64,000 bases of DNA from an uncultured Desulfobacterales bacterium. Its GTDB lineage: Bacteria; Desulfobacterota; Desulfobacteria; Desulfobacterales; B30-G6. The notes beneath the pieces were generated by a model that saw nothing but the letters and a program-made list of their open reading frames with translations, was not told the DNA's origin and made no database searches. Both the position numbers and the translations under genes were made by a program. The stretch's first letter is position 1; each line of letters opens with the position of its first letter. Below, piece by piece: positions 35,343-46,265 of the stretch. The stretch is taken from positions 7,935 to 71,934 of the forward strand of contig CAZWEO010000002.1 in NCBI GenBank assembly GCA_964633115.1, read 5' to 3'.

Positions 35343-37988
35343 CTACTTTACCATTTCGGCAACAATATCCTTTGCCGCTGCCAGAGCCTCATCAATATGC
35401 TCCGGCTTGGGACCGCCCGCTTGAGCCATATCGGGTCTCCCGCCGCCCTTACCGCCAACATAGCCAGCCAGCTTATTGACGATATTGCCGGCCTGAAGTT
35501 GTTGGGTCAGGTTTTTGGTTACCATCGTAATAAATAGAGCTTTGGCACCGGTCTGACATCCCAATATAACAATACCGGATCCCAATTGATCTTTATATTG
35601 ATCTGCCAGATCTCGCAGGGCTGCCGGTGTGTCGACCTCTACCTTTTTTATTAATAATTTTATATTGTTAATTGTTTTAATATCAAGTTCTGCTTTATCG
35701 GCTGACTGCCGATAGAGTTTGGCTTTTAGCTCAGCGATCTCCTTTTCTTGTTGTTTAATCTGGGCCAATAGCTTTCGGATCCGCTGGGGTACCCCGTCAG
35801 GTTGTTCACGCAGCAATCGGGCAGACTCTTGAATGGTGTGTGCCGTCTGCTGCAGATGGTCCAGAGCCGCTTCTCCGCTAACAGCTTCAATACGGCGGAC
35901 ACCTGATGCCACACTGGATTCGCTGATAATTTTAAACATACCAATATTGCCCGTTTGCTGGGTATGGGTACCACCACACAACTCCATACTGAAATCAGCC
36001 AGGGAAACGACCCGAACCCGTTCGCCATATTTTTCTTCAAAAAGCGCCGTAGCACCGGATTTGAGTGCTTCCTCTTGATCCATTTCTTGGGTTTGAACCT
36101 TCACGTTCTCACGGATTCTGTTGTTGACGATGGATTCTACTTCATCTATCTGGTCCGATTTGACTTGTGAAAAATGGGTAAAATCAAATCGAAATCGATC
36201 TGGAGCCACCAATGAACCCGCCTGTTTGATATGATCTCCCAATACACTTTTTAAGGCATGGTGCAGGATATGGGTGGCGGTATGATTCAGGGCCGTGGCC
36301 TGCCGTTTGACCATGTCGACTTTTAGGATGGCATTGTTGCCGGCCTTAATTCGTCCAGATATCAGCTTGCCTTTATGGATGATTAATCCTGTGGGATCTT
36401 TGATTGTATCGGTGACCTTCATCTCAAATGGGTCTTGCCCATCCACGGAAACAATGGTGCCGGTGTCGCCAGCCTGTCCACCCGATTCTGCATAGAAAGG
36501 CGTTTTATCAGCAACAACCTCTATTTCCTGGCCCTGCTCAGCAGTTTTTATTTGTTGCCCTTCAGATACGAGTAACAGGACTTCGGCCGTCATGGTATCG
36601 TGTTCATACCCCACGAATTCAGGTAGAATACCTTTGCTTGATAGCGCTTTGTAGCTTGCATTGATCTCTGAAAATGCTGAAACCGTGCGTGAGCGTTTGC
36701 GTTGAGCATTCATGGCAGTATCAAATCCCTGCATGTCCAGATGCATATTCTCGTCTCGCACCACATCACGCACGATATCAACGGGGAATCCATAGGTATC
36801 GTAGAGTTTGAAGATAATATCACCCGGCACCTGATCTTTGCCTTGGGCCCTCAAATCCGCCAAGCTGTCGTTTAGCAGTTTAAGCCCAAAATCGAGGGTC
36901 TCCGAGAATCGGGATTCTTCGTTTTGAATTACATTGGTGATAAAGGAGTGGGAGGCCATTAGCTCTGGGTAGGCATCGGCCATGATATCGAACACCACGC
37001 TGGCGGTGGTATGCAGAAACGGGTTTGTGAGACCCAGGTTGCGGCCATAACGGATGGCCCGTCGCATGATACGGCGCAGCACATAGCCGCGTCCCTCATT
37101 AGACGGTAAAACCCCATCACTGATTAGAAAAGCGGCCGCGCGACTGTGATCGGCGATAACTTTCATGGCCACGTCGTCTTCGTGTGAATCACCCAATTTT
37201 TTTTGGGATAATTCTTCGGCCTTTTGAATAATGGGAAGAATTAAATCAGTTTCGTAATTTGTGGTCTTACTCTGGAGCAGAGTTGCCATACGCTCCAGCC
37301 CCAAGCCCGTGTCGATGCTCGGTTTGGGAAGCGGTGTCATGTTCCCATCCGTATCCCGATTGAACTGCATAAAGACCAGATTCCAGATTTCTAAGTATCG
37401 GTCGCATTCACATCCGACCTTGCAATCGGGCCGGTCACATCCGTATTCCGGTCCCCGATCCAAAAGCAGTTCCGAGCAGGGGCCGCAGGGACCGGTACCC
37501 CCCATGGCCCAGAAATTATCTTCTTCGCCGAAGCGTACAATGCGTTCATCAGGTACACCGATATTCTGGTGCCAGAGGTCATAGGCTTCATCATCATCCA
37601 AATAGATAGATGCGTATAGCTTTTCGGCCGGCAATCCATAGCCATTGGTTAAAAGATCCCAGGCAAATTCGATAGCCTTTTCTTTAAAATAATCGCCAAA
37701 TGAAAAGTTGCCCAGCATTTCAAAAAAAGTATGATGGCGGGCTGTGTAACCGACATTTTCCAGGTCATTATGCTTACCGCCGGCGCGAACACATTTTTGC
37801 GATGTGGTCGCCCGCACATAACCCCGGTTCTCCTCTCCTAAAAATGAACGTTTGAATTGCACCATGCCCGCATTGGTGAAAAGCAGGGTGGGATCATCTT
37901 GGGGAACCAAGGATGAGCTACGTACAATCTTGTGGTTATGTTTTTGAAAATATTCTAAAAAGGTACGTCGTACTTCGTTGCCGGTCAT
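35343..37988 (-). CDS. alaS: alanine--tRNA ligase
   Basis: 881 aa. MTGNEVRRTFLEYFQKHNH, FTNAGMVQFK, editing-domain HTATHILH and a C-terminal DHHA1 domain. Confidence 0.97.
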   Translation of the reverse strand: MTGNEVRRTFLEYFQKHNHKIVRSSSLVPQDDPTLLFTNAGMVQFKRSFLGEENRGYVRATTSQKCVRAGGKHNDLENVGYTARHHTFFEMLGNFSFGDYFKEKAIEFAWDLLTNGYGLPAEKLYASIYLDDDEAYDLWHQNIGVPDERIVRFGEEDNFWAMGGTGPCGPCSELLLDRGPEYGCDRPDCKVGCECDRYLEIWNLVFMQFNRDTDGNMTPLPKPSIDTGLGLERMATLLQSKTTNYETDLILPIIQKAEELSQKKLGDSHEDDVAMKVIADHSRAAAFLISDGVLPSNEGRGYVLRRIMRRAIRYGRNLGLTNPFLHTTASVVFDIMADAYPELMASHSFITNVIQNEESRFSETLDFGLKLLNDSLADLRAQGKDQVPGDIIFKLYDTYGFPVDIVRDVVRDENMHLDMQGFDTAMNAQRKRSRTVSAFSEINASYKALSSKGILPEFVGYEHDTMTAEVLLLVSEGQQIKTAEQGQEIEVVADKTPFYAESGGQAGDTGTIVSVDGQDPFEMKVTDTIKDPTGLIIHKGKLISGRIKAGNNAILKVDMVKRQATALNHTATHILHHALKSVLGDHIKQAGSLVAPDRFRFDFTHFSQVKSDQIDEVESIVNNRIRENVKVQTQEMDQEEALKSGATALFEEKYGERVRVVSLADFSMELCGGTHTQQTGNIGMFKIISESSVASGVRRIEAVSGEAALDHLQQTAHTIQESARLLREQPDGVPQRIRKLLAQIKQQEKEIAELKAKLYRQSADKAELDIKTINNIKLLIKKVEVDTPAALRDLADQYKDQLGSGIVILGCQTGAKALFITMVTKNLTQQLQAGNIVNKLAGYVGGKGGGRPDMAQAGGPKPEHIDEALAAAKDIVAEMVK

Positions 37989-38040
37989 GATTAACTCCTC
38001 AATAGTACAAAAATACTAGTTTTGAATTAGCCACTTCTGT

Positions 38041-39081
38041 CTACTCAGCATCATTTTTAGATGCTGGTGTGTCGGCTTCATCCTTTTTTATCAAGCCCAC
38101 ATTTTCACGGATGGTAATCACGAGGGATTCCAACAAATCTGAGTTGTCTTTTAGAAAAGACTTCACATTTTCACGGCCTTGTCCAATACGTTCCCCGTTA
38201 TAGCTGTACCAGGAGCCGCTTTTATCGATAACACCGGTTTCAACGCCCAGATCGAGCACATCACCAGTTTTGGAAATGCCTTCGCCATACATAATATCGA
38301 ATTCAGCATTTTTAAAAGGCGGCGCCATCTTATTTTTGACAACCTTGACCCGGGTTCGATTGCCGGTCATCTCCTGACCATCTTTGATAGCTGCAATCCG
38401 CCGAATATCCAAGCGAACCGAGGAATAAAATTTTAAGGCATTACCACCGGTTGTTGTTTCGGGATTACCGAACACCACACCGATTTTCATGCGGATTTGA
38501 TTAATAAAAATAATTGAGGTCATGGTTTTGCTGATGGATCCAGTCAGTTTTCGCAATGCTTGGGACATAAGTCTAGCTTGCAGACCCATATGGGAGTCAC
38601 CCATTTCACCTTCAATTTCTGCCCGCGGTACCAGCGCGGCAACCGAATCGATGACCATAATATCGATGGCGCCACTACGTACCAGCATGTCCGCAATTTC
38701 CAAAGCTTGTTCACCCGTATCGGGTTGTGCTACCAAAAGATCATCACAGTTGACATGTAGTTTTTTAGCATACACGGTGTCGAGGGCATGCTCCGCATCG
38801 ATAAAAGCGGCGATACCGCCTTGTTTTTGAGCATTGGCTACAGCATGCAGTGCCAGCGTGGTCTTCCCAGATGATTCCGGTCCATATATTTCTATAACGC
38901 GACCCCGGGGCAGGCCGCCAATACCCAAAGCCCGATCCAGTGCGATGGAGCCTGTGGGGATTACAGGGACATCAGCAATCGATTGACTGCCCAACTTCAT
39001 GATAGCGCCTTTGCCAAACTGTCGTTCAATCTGCTGCATGGCTGTTTCGACGGCTTTTTCCTTTTCGGGTGGTAGGCTCAT
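38041..39081 (-). CDS. recA: recombinase RecA
   Basis: [15 protein letters not shown] Walker A and IDSVAAL. The canonical RecA pattern runs throughout. Confidence 0.97.
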   Translation of the reverse strand: MSLPPEKEKAVETAMQQIERQFGKGAIMKLGSQSIADVPVIPTGSIALDRALGIGGLPRGRVIEIYGPESSGKTTLALHAVANAQKQGGIAAFIDAEHALDTVYAKKLHVNCDDLLVAQPDTGEQALEIADMLVRSGAIDIMVIDSVAALVPRAEIEGEMGDSHMGLQARLMSQALRKLTGSISKTMTSIIFINQIRMKIGVVFGNPETTTGGNALKFYSSVRLDIRRIAAIKDGQEMTGNRTRVKVVKNKMAPPFKNAEFDIMYGEGISKTGDVLDLGVETGVIDKSGSWYSYNGERIGQGRENVKSFLKDNSDLLESLVITIRENVGLIKKDEADTPASKNDAE

Positions 39082-39364
39082 ACTTTCCTCCTGTTTGGAC
39101 TGACAAAATCAGATGTTTTATGTGATCTCAAAAGGCAAATGGTAGCGTTTCAAAATCGATTTATCAAGACCCAATATCTACGAAATCGCATCAGCAATAT
39201 CATCTGGAAATCACCTGAGTTTCAGACGAGCTTATGTTTGAATTCGTATACTTTATGGACAACATGAGGCTTACAAATAAAATATAAATAGTGCAGGCAT
39301 AGTCGAAACTCGGCGAGTAAAGCCTCGAGATTAGAAAAAGGGAGAATCTTGATATGGGTTCTAC

Positions 39365-39958
39365 TCAAGGGATTTCTAAAGGTAACTCGCACAGTTTTGT
39401 ATAAAGCGGTCCCGTGGGTTGTAGTTTGCTTTCAAATACGGTCACTTGTTTTACGGTGAACACCTCCGAATTAAAATCTGAATGCGTTCGCAATGCCTCA
39501 GCCAATTTATGGGGACTCACGCGACTTTTTACGCGCCCAACGGTTAAATGACCCCTGAAAGGCCGCTTTTCGGCATTAAAACCAAAGGGAATCAGTGCGT
39601 TTTCCACATCGGACTGTAAGGCTCTAAGGACTTCTAATGTTCCGGAAATGCCTACCCAAATAACTCGTGGATTTCTAAGGCCGGGGAAACAGCCCAGCCC
39701 CTTGGGTTGCAGGTCAAATAATTGGTGCTGACAACTAACAGCTGTGATGCTGTCGCAAATATCGGCAAGTTTATCGCCATCCACATCGCCCAGAAACTTT
39801 AGCGTTAGATGGATGTTTTGCGGCTTAACCCAACGCAATTTCAATCCGGCGGATGCCAAATCCTTTTGTAAGTTGGCAATATCCAACCTAGTCTGATCCG
39901 GAAGTTCCACTGCTATGAACGTTCGGATTTTGGACATAGCTATCATTTGCACCATCAT
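39365..39958 (-). CDS. thpR: RNA 2',3'-cyclic phosphodiesterase (2H family)
   Basis: Two HxT motifs (HLTLKFLG and HLTVGR). The likely true start is the ATG at 39937 (MSKIRTFIAV). Confidence 0.85.
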   Translation of the reverse strand: MMVQMIAMSKIRTFIAVELPDQTRLDIANLQKDLASAGLKLRWVKPQNIHLTLKFLGDVDGDKLADICDSITAVSCQHQLFDLQPKGLGCFPGLRNPRVIWVGISGTLEVLRALQSDVENALIPFGFNAEKRPFRGHLTVGRVKSRVSPHKLAEALRTHSDFNSEVFTVKQVTVFESKLQPTGPLYTKLCELPLEIP

Positions 39959-40082
39959 TTATATGATATATCATCGTGCCGATATTCTTGAACAATTAAA
40001 TCCTAATTTGGATTGTATGTGAGCAACGAAAATGATCGTAAATAATATTTGGATCCAAAACCATAATGAATGGATACAAATA

Positions 40083-41252
40083 TTATCGTCGCGGTAACGG
40101 CATTTGCGGTTCTCCTAGTAAAAACTTACCCGCAGCAATGCGTTTCTTGAGTAACTGAGCAAGCTCACGCGCTCGCACCATGCTGGAAAGTGGAACCGCT
40201 GTGATGCGTTTACCATTTATTTGAATACTGCCGCTTTTGAGCTCTGCATAGCTGACTTTGCCATAGGATTTGGATTTACCTTGGGGATAATCTTTTCCAT
40301 AATCGATTACGTGCGTAAATAATTCCGCATCTGAAATCGATGTGTAGCGCGCCATTTCTTCATTTAAAATGGGGATGGGTATGCCAAGCCCCACGCTGAG
40401 CGAGCATCCATATCCTTGAATGCTGACGCCCACTAGCCATTTGGATTTCATCTTTTTTAAGTCTCCCATAACAAACAAAGTCCCGGCTGGCGATTCTGGC
40501 ACACCCTTGGATGTTCGCTTGGCACGAGGCTTATGTTGGGTACCATGCCAAGTAATAAAGCCTTCGGTGCCGCCCAGAAATATGCGGGTTCCTAGTCCAA
40601 TTGTAAGGTAATAGGGATCATTGAAAAGCGGACTCAGCTGGCCTGCTGAGCAATAATTGGCATTGCCCATGCGCGGTTTCAGGGCACCCATATAGGTGTA
40701 AACCGTTTTTTTGGTGGTATTGACGGCACAATTGTAATTTTGATAGGCGTTACGCGGGTTGCACAGGAGCGCATTTGGTATAGTTTTCAAGTTTATCTTT
40801 TTTTCAACCCGTTTATTGGGATAGCAGTCTGTACCATAGGCAATGGCTTTTAAATGGATGCTTTTCCCAGCCACCAGATCCTGGATGACGTGCCCGCCAC
40901 CATAGCGAAATTCACCCGGGTAAACCTTATTCAATGGATCGTCTTCGCATGGTTCCGTGGCACCGATATAGCAATCGACGGCTGCAACACCGCCATAGGC
41001 AGGCACATCGTTGAGCCAAACCTTAGAAGCCTTGATACCCGGTGCTGAGTGACCAAAATTAATAAAAGCCCCGGATGAACACATGGGAGCAAACGTGCCC
41101 GTGGTGACAACATCCACCTGACGTGCAGCCTCCACAGGACCGGCATCCTTGACCACATCGATCATTTCTTCCGCCGTAACCACAACAGCTTCGCCAGCTT
41201 TAATTTTTGCATTGATCTGCTGAAAGGTTTTATTTACTTGAAATGATTTCAT
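40083..41252 (-). CDS. DUF39 / COG1900 homocysteine biosynthesis protein
   Basis: 389 aa. INAKIKAGEAVVVTAEE...VDVVTTGTFAPMCSSGAFINFGH is typical of the family. Confidence 0.75.
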   Translation of the reverse strand: MKSFQVNKTFQQINAKIKAGEAVVVTAEEMIDVVKDAGPVEAARQVDVVTTGTFAPMCSSGAFINFGHSAPGIKASKVWLNDVPAYGGVAAVDCYIGATEPCEDDPLNKVYPGEFRYGGGHVIQDLVAGKSIHLKAIAYGTDCYPNKRVEKKINLKTIPNALLCNPRNAYQNYNCAVNTTKKTVYTYMGALKPRMGNANYCSAGQLSPLFNDPYYLTIGLGTRIFLGGTEGFITWHGTQHKPRAKRTSKGVPESPAGTLFVMGDLKKMKSKWLVGVSIQGYGCSLSVGLGIPIPILNEEMARYTSISDAELFTHVIDYGKDYPQGKSKSYGKVSYAELKSGSIQINGKRITAVPLSSMVRARELAQLLKKRIAAGKFLLGEPQMPLPRR

Positions 41253-41266
41253 AGCCGATCTCCAAA

Positions 41267-42646
41267 TTAAAGTTTGTTGGTGATATTATTCTGAATCCAG
41301 GATCGATCCCACCATTCTAATGGGTTAACAAAAATACCGTGGACCAGAACACTGAAATGTAAATGGTCGCCACCTGCTAAACCAGTCATGCCGGTATTGC
41401 CGATGATGTCACCCTTTTGAACCTGCTGCCCTTCTTTGACCTCAAAGCTATTCAGATGCGCATACATACTAAACAGACCCCAGCCATGATCGATGACGAC
41501 CATGCGTCCATAAATGCCCAAACGTTTGGCATATACAACCTTACCGGCATTGGCCGCGGGTATGGGAGAGTTGCTGACCGAAGCCAGGTCGATACCCAAG
41601 TGCCTTTGTTGATCCACACGTTTTCCGCCGTATTGGTAGGAGCGCCGATCACCAAAACCAGACCGAGTGGCGGACCGGGGCAAACGCATAAATGGTCCTT
41701 GCCAGTGTTTTTGGGGATCGCTTTTTTGCATGATCTGACTGAGTACGACTTTGTTTTGACGACGCAGGTCTTGGTTGATGTATAGAAACTGCTCCAGGGT
41801 CGTTGTTAGTTGGTCGATCTTGGGGTCATTCTTGAATTCTGATAGTTTGCGTGAAATAAAGCTGTCACTGATACGAATAGTATCGCGTTTGAATTTTTTG
41901 TTTTTTATGTAATGGGGAATACTGGTAGTTGTGAGGTTGCCGGCCATATCCGTTGCTATCAGATCCATTTGGGTTCCTTTGCCCTGGTTATGGGTCAAGG
42001 CAAAAAAAGCGACGTGTCGGGGGTCATTTTCGGTCCCCATTGGATATCCGCGAAAAAAGTGATCGGAGATCTGAACACCGCTGCTTTGACAGCTTTCAGA
42101 TAATTCATATACAACGGCGTTACTGCCACCGGGACTGATATTATGCGCCCGGCTGATGACTTTGATGGCTGGTTCTTGGGTATCGATATGAATATCGGTT
42201 TCCATGTAGGTCCGATTCCCTTTACCCCAAGAGCGCCAGGCATAATCAACTACCATCATCCGCAGCATGGCATCACCATCTGTGAGGCCTACTTTTTGGG
42301 GTTCCAGGCTAAACGTTAGGGATTGAGAGCTTAGGGTGCCCTTTCTAAGCCAACCTGTTGCCGGAAAATTCTTATCAAATAAGGTTATTTCCTTACCATT
42401 TTGGATTACAGCAACCCAGAATCGTTTCAAACCACTTTTGGGATCAGTTAAAGTGGCTGATACCTGCTTTTGAAGGCCCACATGTTTGATCGGAGTATCC
42501 AAGTTGAGTTGGGGGGCTTGTCCTTCCATGCGGATGACCAGAACTACGATGACAGGCACAACCAGCAAGATGGCGAGGATGGTCATAAAACGCAATCGAA
42601 ATTTTTTATTATTATCTTTCAATGGGTTAGGTGCTCCTTCAGTCAA
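41267..42646 (-). CDS. M23-family (LytM-type) metallopeptidase
   Basis: N-terminal TM. The C-terminus carries HLGIDLA...GNTGMTGLAGGDHLHFSV (HxxxD ... HxH). Confidence 0.85.
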   Translation of the reverse strand: MTEGAPNPLKDNNKKFRLRFMTILAILLVVPVIVVLVIRMEGQAPQLNLDTPIKHVGLQKQVSATLTDPKSGLKRFWVAVIQNGKEITLFDKNFPATGWLRKGTLSSQSLTFSLEPQKVGLTDGDAMLRMMVVDYAWRSWGKGNRTYMETDIHIDTQEPAIKVISRAHNISPGGSNAVVYELSESCQSSGVQISDHFFRGYPMGTENDPRHVAFFALTHNQGKGTQMDLIATDMAGNLTTTSIPHYIKNKKFKRDTIRISDSFISRKLSEFKNDPKIDQLTTTLEQFLYINQDLRRQNKVVLSQIMQKSDPQKHWQGPFMRLPRSATRSGFGDRRSYQYGGKRVDQQRHLGIDLASVSNSPIPAANAGKVVYAKRLGIYGRMVVIDHGWGLFSMYAHLNSFEVKEGQQVQKGDIIGNTGMTGLAGGDHLHFSVLVHGIFVNPLEWWDRSWIQNNITNKL

Positions 42647-42786
42647 TATTTAGGCGCCCGAACAATAGCAGTTATAGCTAGGCTTATCAAGGGCTCTTTT
42701 TTCGTTTCTTGACTTTTAAAGGCATGCAAGTTAGATAGATTTTATGTATTGCTCGTTTCACACAAACAAAGGTCAAACCTCGTCTT

Positions 42787-43623
42787 ATGGCTATGAACAT
42801 TACTGATTTTTTTGTTGATAAAACACCTTCCCTACTCCTCATTTCAGGTCCTTGTGTAATTGAAAACTATGACATCACCTTCAAAGTTGCTGCGCACTTA
42901 AAGCGGCTTTCTGAAGATCTGGATACCCCTTTTTTATTCAAGGCTTCCTACGACAAAGCCAACCGGACATCCATTGATTCATATCGGGGCCCTGGTTTGG
43001 CAGGGGGCTTGGAAATTTTGGCGCGTATTAAAAACGAGCTGGGCATTCAAATCATATCGGACGTCCATAGAATACGGGACATGGCCGAAGCTGCCCAGGT
43101 TTTGGATGTCATCCAAATCCCAGCTTTTCTATGTCGGCAGACCGATTTCATCCTGGAAGCTGGACGCTGCAACAAGCCGATTAATATTAAAAAGGGACAA
43201 TTTGTGGCACCCATGGACATGCAAAATGTGGTTGATAAAATTCGGTCTACCGGCAACCAACAAATTTTGCTAACAGACCGCGGAACCGTTTTCGGATATA
43301 ACAATTTAGTCGTGGATATGCGTGGTATTCCCATGATGCAGCAAACAGGTTGCCCGGTCATATTTGATGCCACCCATAGTGTGCAGTTGCCGGGCGGTCA
43401 AGGAAATAGCTCCGGTGGCCAACGCGAATACGCACCGGTTCTGGCACGTGCTGCGGTTGCTGCTGGCGCAAATGGTGTGTTTTTAGAAGTTCATCCAAAC
43501 CCGGACAAGGCCCTTTGCGACGGCCCTAATTCCCTAAAATTGGACGTTGTTGCGAAGCTGCTTAAACAATTGGTAGCGATCTATAAATTGGTCGCCAGCC
43601 AATCAAAGAGATCTCATGTCTGA
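42787..43623 (+). CDS. kdsA: 3-deoxy-8-phosphooctulonate synthase
   Basis: GPCVIE, FKASYDKANRTS, QIPAFLCRQTD and DATHSVQ motifs. Confidence 0.95.
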   Translation: MAMNITDFFVDKTPSLLLISGPCVIENYDITFKVAAHLKRLSEDLDTPFLFKASYDKANRTSIDSYRGPGLAGGLEILARIKNELGIQIISDVHRIRDMAEAAQVLDVIQIPAFLCRQTDFILEAGRCNKPINIKKGQFVAPMDMQNVVDKIRSTGNQQILLTDRGTVFGYNNLVVDMRGIPMMQQTGCPVIFDATHSVQLPGGQGNSSGGQREYAPVLARAAVAAGANGVFLEVHPNPDKALCDGPNSLKLDVVAKLLKQLVAIYKLVASQSKRSHV

Positions 43624-44134
43624 AGTTAAACTCTCTCAAATCAGTCTGTTGCTGCTAGATGTGGACGGTGTGTTAACAGACGGCAGTATCTATTTTGACC
43701 ATCAGGGGGAAGAAATAAAAGCTTTTAACAGCAAGGATGGTTTGGGGCTACACTTTCTATTGGAAGCCGGTATTCAGGTAGGCGTTATTACGGCCCGACA
43801 ATCCAAGGCATTGCTGCACCGATGTGAAAATTTGGGAATTGATCTCGTTTTCCAGGGAATGCGAGACAAGGCTGCAGCCATGGAGCAGATCCAGGAACGA
43901 ACCAGCGTGCCGCCAAACCAAATGGCCTATATGGGCGACGATGTGTTGGATCTGCCCATGTTTGCACGGGTGGGACTTGCCATCGCAGTGGCTGATGCGC
44001 ATCCTTATGTATTGGAACAGGCTGATATGGTTACAACAGCTAAGGGCGGCAAAGGCGCAGTTAGGGAAATATGTGATGCCATATTGTCTGCCAAAGGCTT
44101 CCTGGACGATATCGTGGCTCGTTACAACCACTAA
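43616..44134 (+). CDS. kdsC: KDO-8-phosphate phosphatase (HAD-IIIA)
   Basis: LLLLDVDGVLTDG...KDG...GDD..D motifs. Overlaps kdsA by 8 nt. Confidence 0.9.
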   Translation: MSEVKLSQISLLLLDVDGVLTDGSIYFDHQGEEIKAFNSKDGLGLHFLLEAGIQVGVITARQSKALLHRCENLGIDLVFQGMRDKAAAMEQIQERTSVPPNQMAYMGDDVLDLPMFARVGLAIAVADAHPYVLEQADMVTTAKGGKGAVREICDAILSAKGFLDDIVARYNH

Positions 44135-44230
44135 TTTGAATTCGTAACTGTGGTTCGGCCGAGCATCATATATAAATTAATGGTGATTGCGCCTTTTAAT
44201 AGTTATTTAGCACAAGATGAATTCAAATTG

Positions 44231-44812
44231 ATGGCACTCAGATCAGATCATAACAAAAGCTTACGGCTGGTACTACTCGTGAGTATGCTTTTGATATTTG
44301 GGGTTGTATTAACCGTGTTTATCGGGTATCGAACGGGTTCCAATCCCCAGGAGATGGTCCTGTCTTCGGTACTTAAGGATGATGTCGCCATCTCCATGGC
44401 TGATGTTCAGCAGACATCGACAAAAAATGGTATCAAGGACTGGAGCCTTAAAGCGGCTTCAGCTCAATTTTTACATAAAAAAAACCAAGTCGTTTTTGAC
44501 GATTTGGTTGTAACCTTTTTTCTGGATGATGGTGGATCTGTAAATCTATCAGCCCAGAAAGGTTATTTAAATACCCAAACCCAGGATATCCAGATTGATG
44601 GCAATGTTTTAGCTGATGACGGCGACATCAAGTTCCGGACTGAATCGCTGGACTATGACCATGAGCAGCGTATTTTAGTGGCTGCCCAACCGGTTCAAAT
44701 TTTCGGCAACAGTTTTTGTTTGACGGCTAATTCAGCGGCCTACGACATGACAGCTAGTAAAGCAATTTTTGATGGTAAAGTGGATGGTACCCTATTTGAC
44801 AGCTTTAATTAA
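44231..44812 (+). CDS. lptC: LPS export protein LptC
   Basis: Single N-terminal TM followed by a beta-jellyroll-type sequence, in the conserved kdsC-lptC-lptA-lptB position. Start uncertain: the ORF track uses GTG 44150, I prefer ATG 44231. Confidence 0.65.
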   Translation: MALRSDHNKSLRLVLLVSMLLIFGVVLTVFIGYRTGSNPQEMVLSSVLKDDVAISMADVQQTSTKNGIKDWSLKAASAQFLHKKNQVVFDDLVVTFFLDDGGSVNLSAQKGYLNTQTQDIQIDGNVLADDGDIKFRTESLDYDHEQRILVAAQPVQIFGNSFCLTANSAAYDMTASKAIFDGKVDGTLFDSFN

Positions 44813-45443
44813 ATATCAGCCTAAAACCCATTTTGCGGCTTCAAACGACGTCAAAGTTACTACGAGGGGGTTTTCTGAGGGGCGAGGATTTCTGTTCAGG
44901 TGTTTCTGCTTTGGCTTGTTTGTGCTCATATTCTCGGTTATGCCCACAAGCGCCCAGGAAACGACCTCCGGCGATCAACTGGCTAGCCAGGAACCGATAC
45001 ATATTAAGGCCGATCAATTGATTACAGATACACAGCAGAACACAGCCGTATTTAGTGGGAAAGTTCGCGCAATACAAGGAGATACAGTCATCACCGCGGA
45101 CATGCTAACGGTGCACTACCGCAACGGGGCTCAATCAGATAGTGCAGCTGGTATGGACGCTATCGTTCGCATAGTGGCTGAGGGAAATGTCCAAATCAAA
45201 TTTGACCAGCAGACTGCATATACGCAACATGCTGATTATATAGCGGAAAAAAGATTGATTGTCCTGACAGGCGCAGGTTCGAAAATTGTCAGTGGCAAGA
45301 ATGCCATATCCGGGCAAAAGATCACCCTGCATAGGGATGATGGCCGCGTCCAGGTTGTGGGCAGCGCCGATGCGCCAGTGGAAGCCTTTTTCTATTCCAA
45401 CGAAACCGGTCTGGCAGCGCCCGACAAACCAGATCCAAACTGA
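44769..45443 (+). CDS. lptA: LPS transport periplasmic protein LptA (OstA-like)
   Basis: Signal peptide (...FVLIFSVMPTSAQE) and the pattern IKADQL......AVFSGKV....GDTVITAD.L, in the syntenic position. Start uncertain. Confidence 0.7.
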   Translation: MMVKWMVPYLTALIKYQPKTHFAASNDVKVTTRGFSEGRGFLFRCFCFGLFVLIFSVMPTSAQETTSGDQLASQEPIHIKADQLITDTQQNTAVFSGKVRAIQGDTVITADMLTVHYRNGAQSDSAAGMDAIVRIVAEGNVQIKFDQQTAYTQHADYIAEKRLIVLTGAGSKIVSGKNAISGQKITLHRDDGRVQVVGSADAPVEAFFYSNETGLAAPDKPDPN

Positions 45444-45476
45444 GCATCCAATTGCCGCTCATTTTGGGAAAACGAC

Positions 45477-46199
45477 ATGGCTGAACTAAGGGTTGACAAG
45501 CTGGTAAAGATATACCGCGGCAGAAAGGTGGTCAACACAGTCAGTTTAAGTGTCCAAAGCGGTGCGGTCATCGGTCTGCTGGGGCCCAACGGTGCCGGCA
45601 AGACGACGACGTTTTACATGACGGTGGGTATGGTCAGGCCTGACGGCGGGGCTGTTTTTCTGGATCAGGACGATATTACCCATATGCCCATGTACCAGCG
45701 GGCACGCAATGGTGTCGGTTATTTGCCGCAGGAAGCCTCGGTATTCCGAAAGCTGACGGTTTGGCAAAATATCATGGCGATATTGGAGACACTGCCGTTT
45801 TCAAAGCAAGAACGCCAGCAACGTGCCACTTCACTGCTCAGCGAATTGGGTATCGAAAAACTGGCTGAGCAGCGTGCCAATGTGTTGTCGGGTGGCGAGA
45901 GACGGCGTCTTGAAATATCGCGGTGCTTGGTAACCGATCCGGCATTCATCTTATTGGATGAGCCTTTTGCTGGAATCGATCCTTTGGCGGTAATCGATAT
46001 AAAAAACATTATCGGTCACCTTAAAAAAAGAGGTATCGGTATCTTAATTTCAGACCATAATGTACGCGAAACACTTGAGGTTTGTGATAAAGCATATATA
46101 CTAAGTGATGGAACCGTTATCGAGTATGGATCACCGCAAAAAATTGCCTCCAGCGAAATAGCGCGACGGATTTATCTGGGGGATGAATTTAAATTATAA
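45477..46199 (+). CDS. lptB: LPS export ABC transporter ATP-binding protein
   Basis: GLLGPNGAGKTT, LSGGERRRLEISR and ILLDEPFAGIDP motifs. Confidence 0.95.
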   Translation: MAELRVDKLVKIYRGRKVVNTVSLSVQSGAVIGLLGPNGAGKTTTFYMTVGMVRPDGGAVFLDQDDITHMPMYQRARNGVGYLPQEASVFRKLTVWQNIMAILETLPFSKQERQQRATSLLSELGIEKLAEQRANVLSGGERRRLEISRCLVTDPAFILLDEPFAGIDPLAVIDIKNIIGHLKKRGIGILISDHNVRETLEVCDKAYILSDGTVIEYGSPQKIASSEIARRIYLGDEFKL

Positions 46200-46265
46200 G
46201 GTACTAACTTATAATTTGATACGCTAAAAGATTCATCTCATATTACGATTGCTCCCATGATTCAT

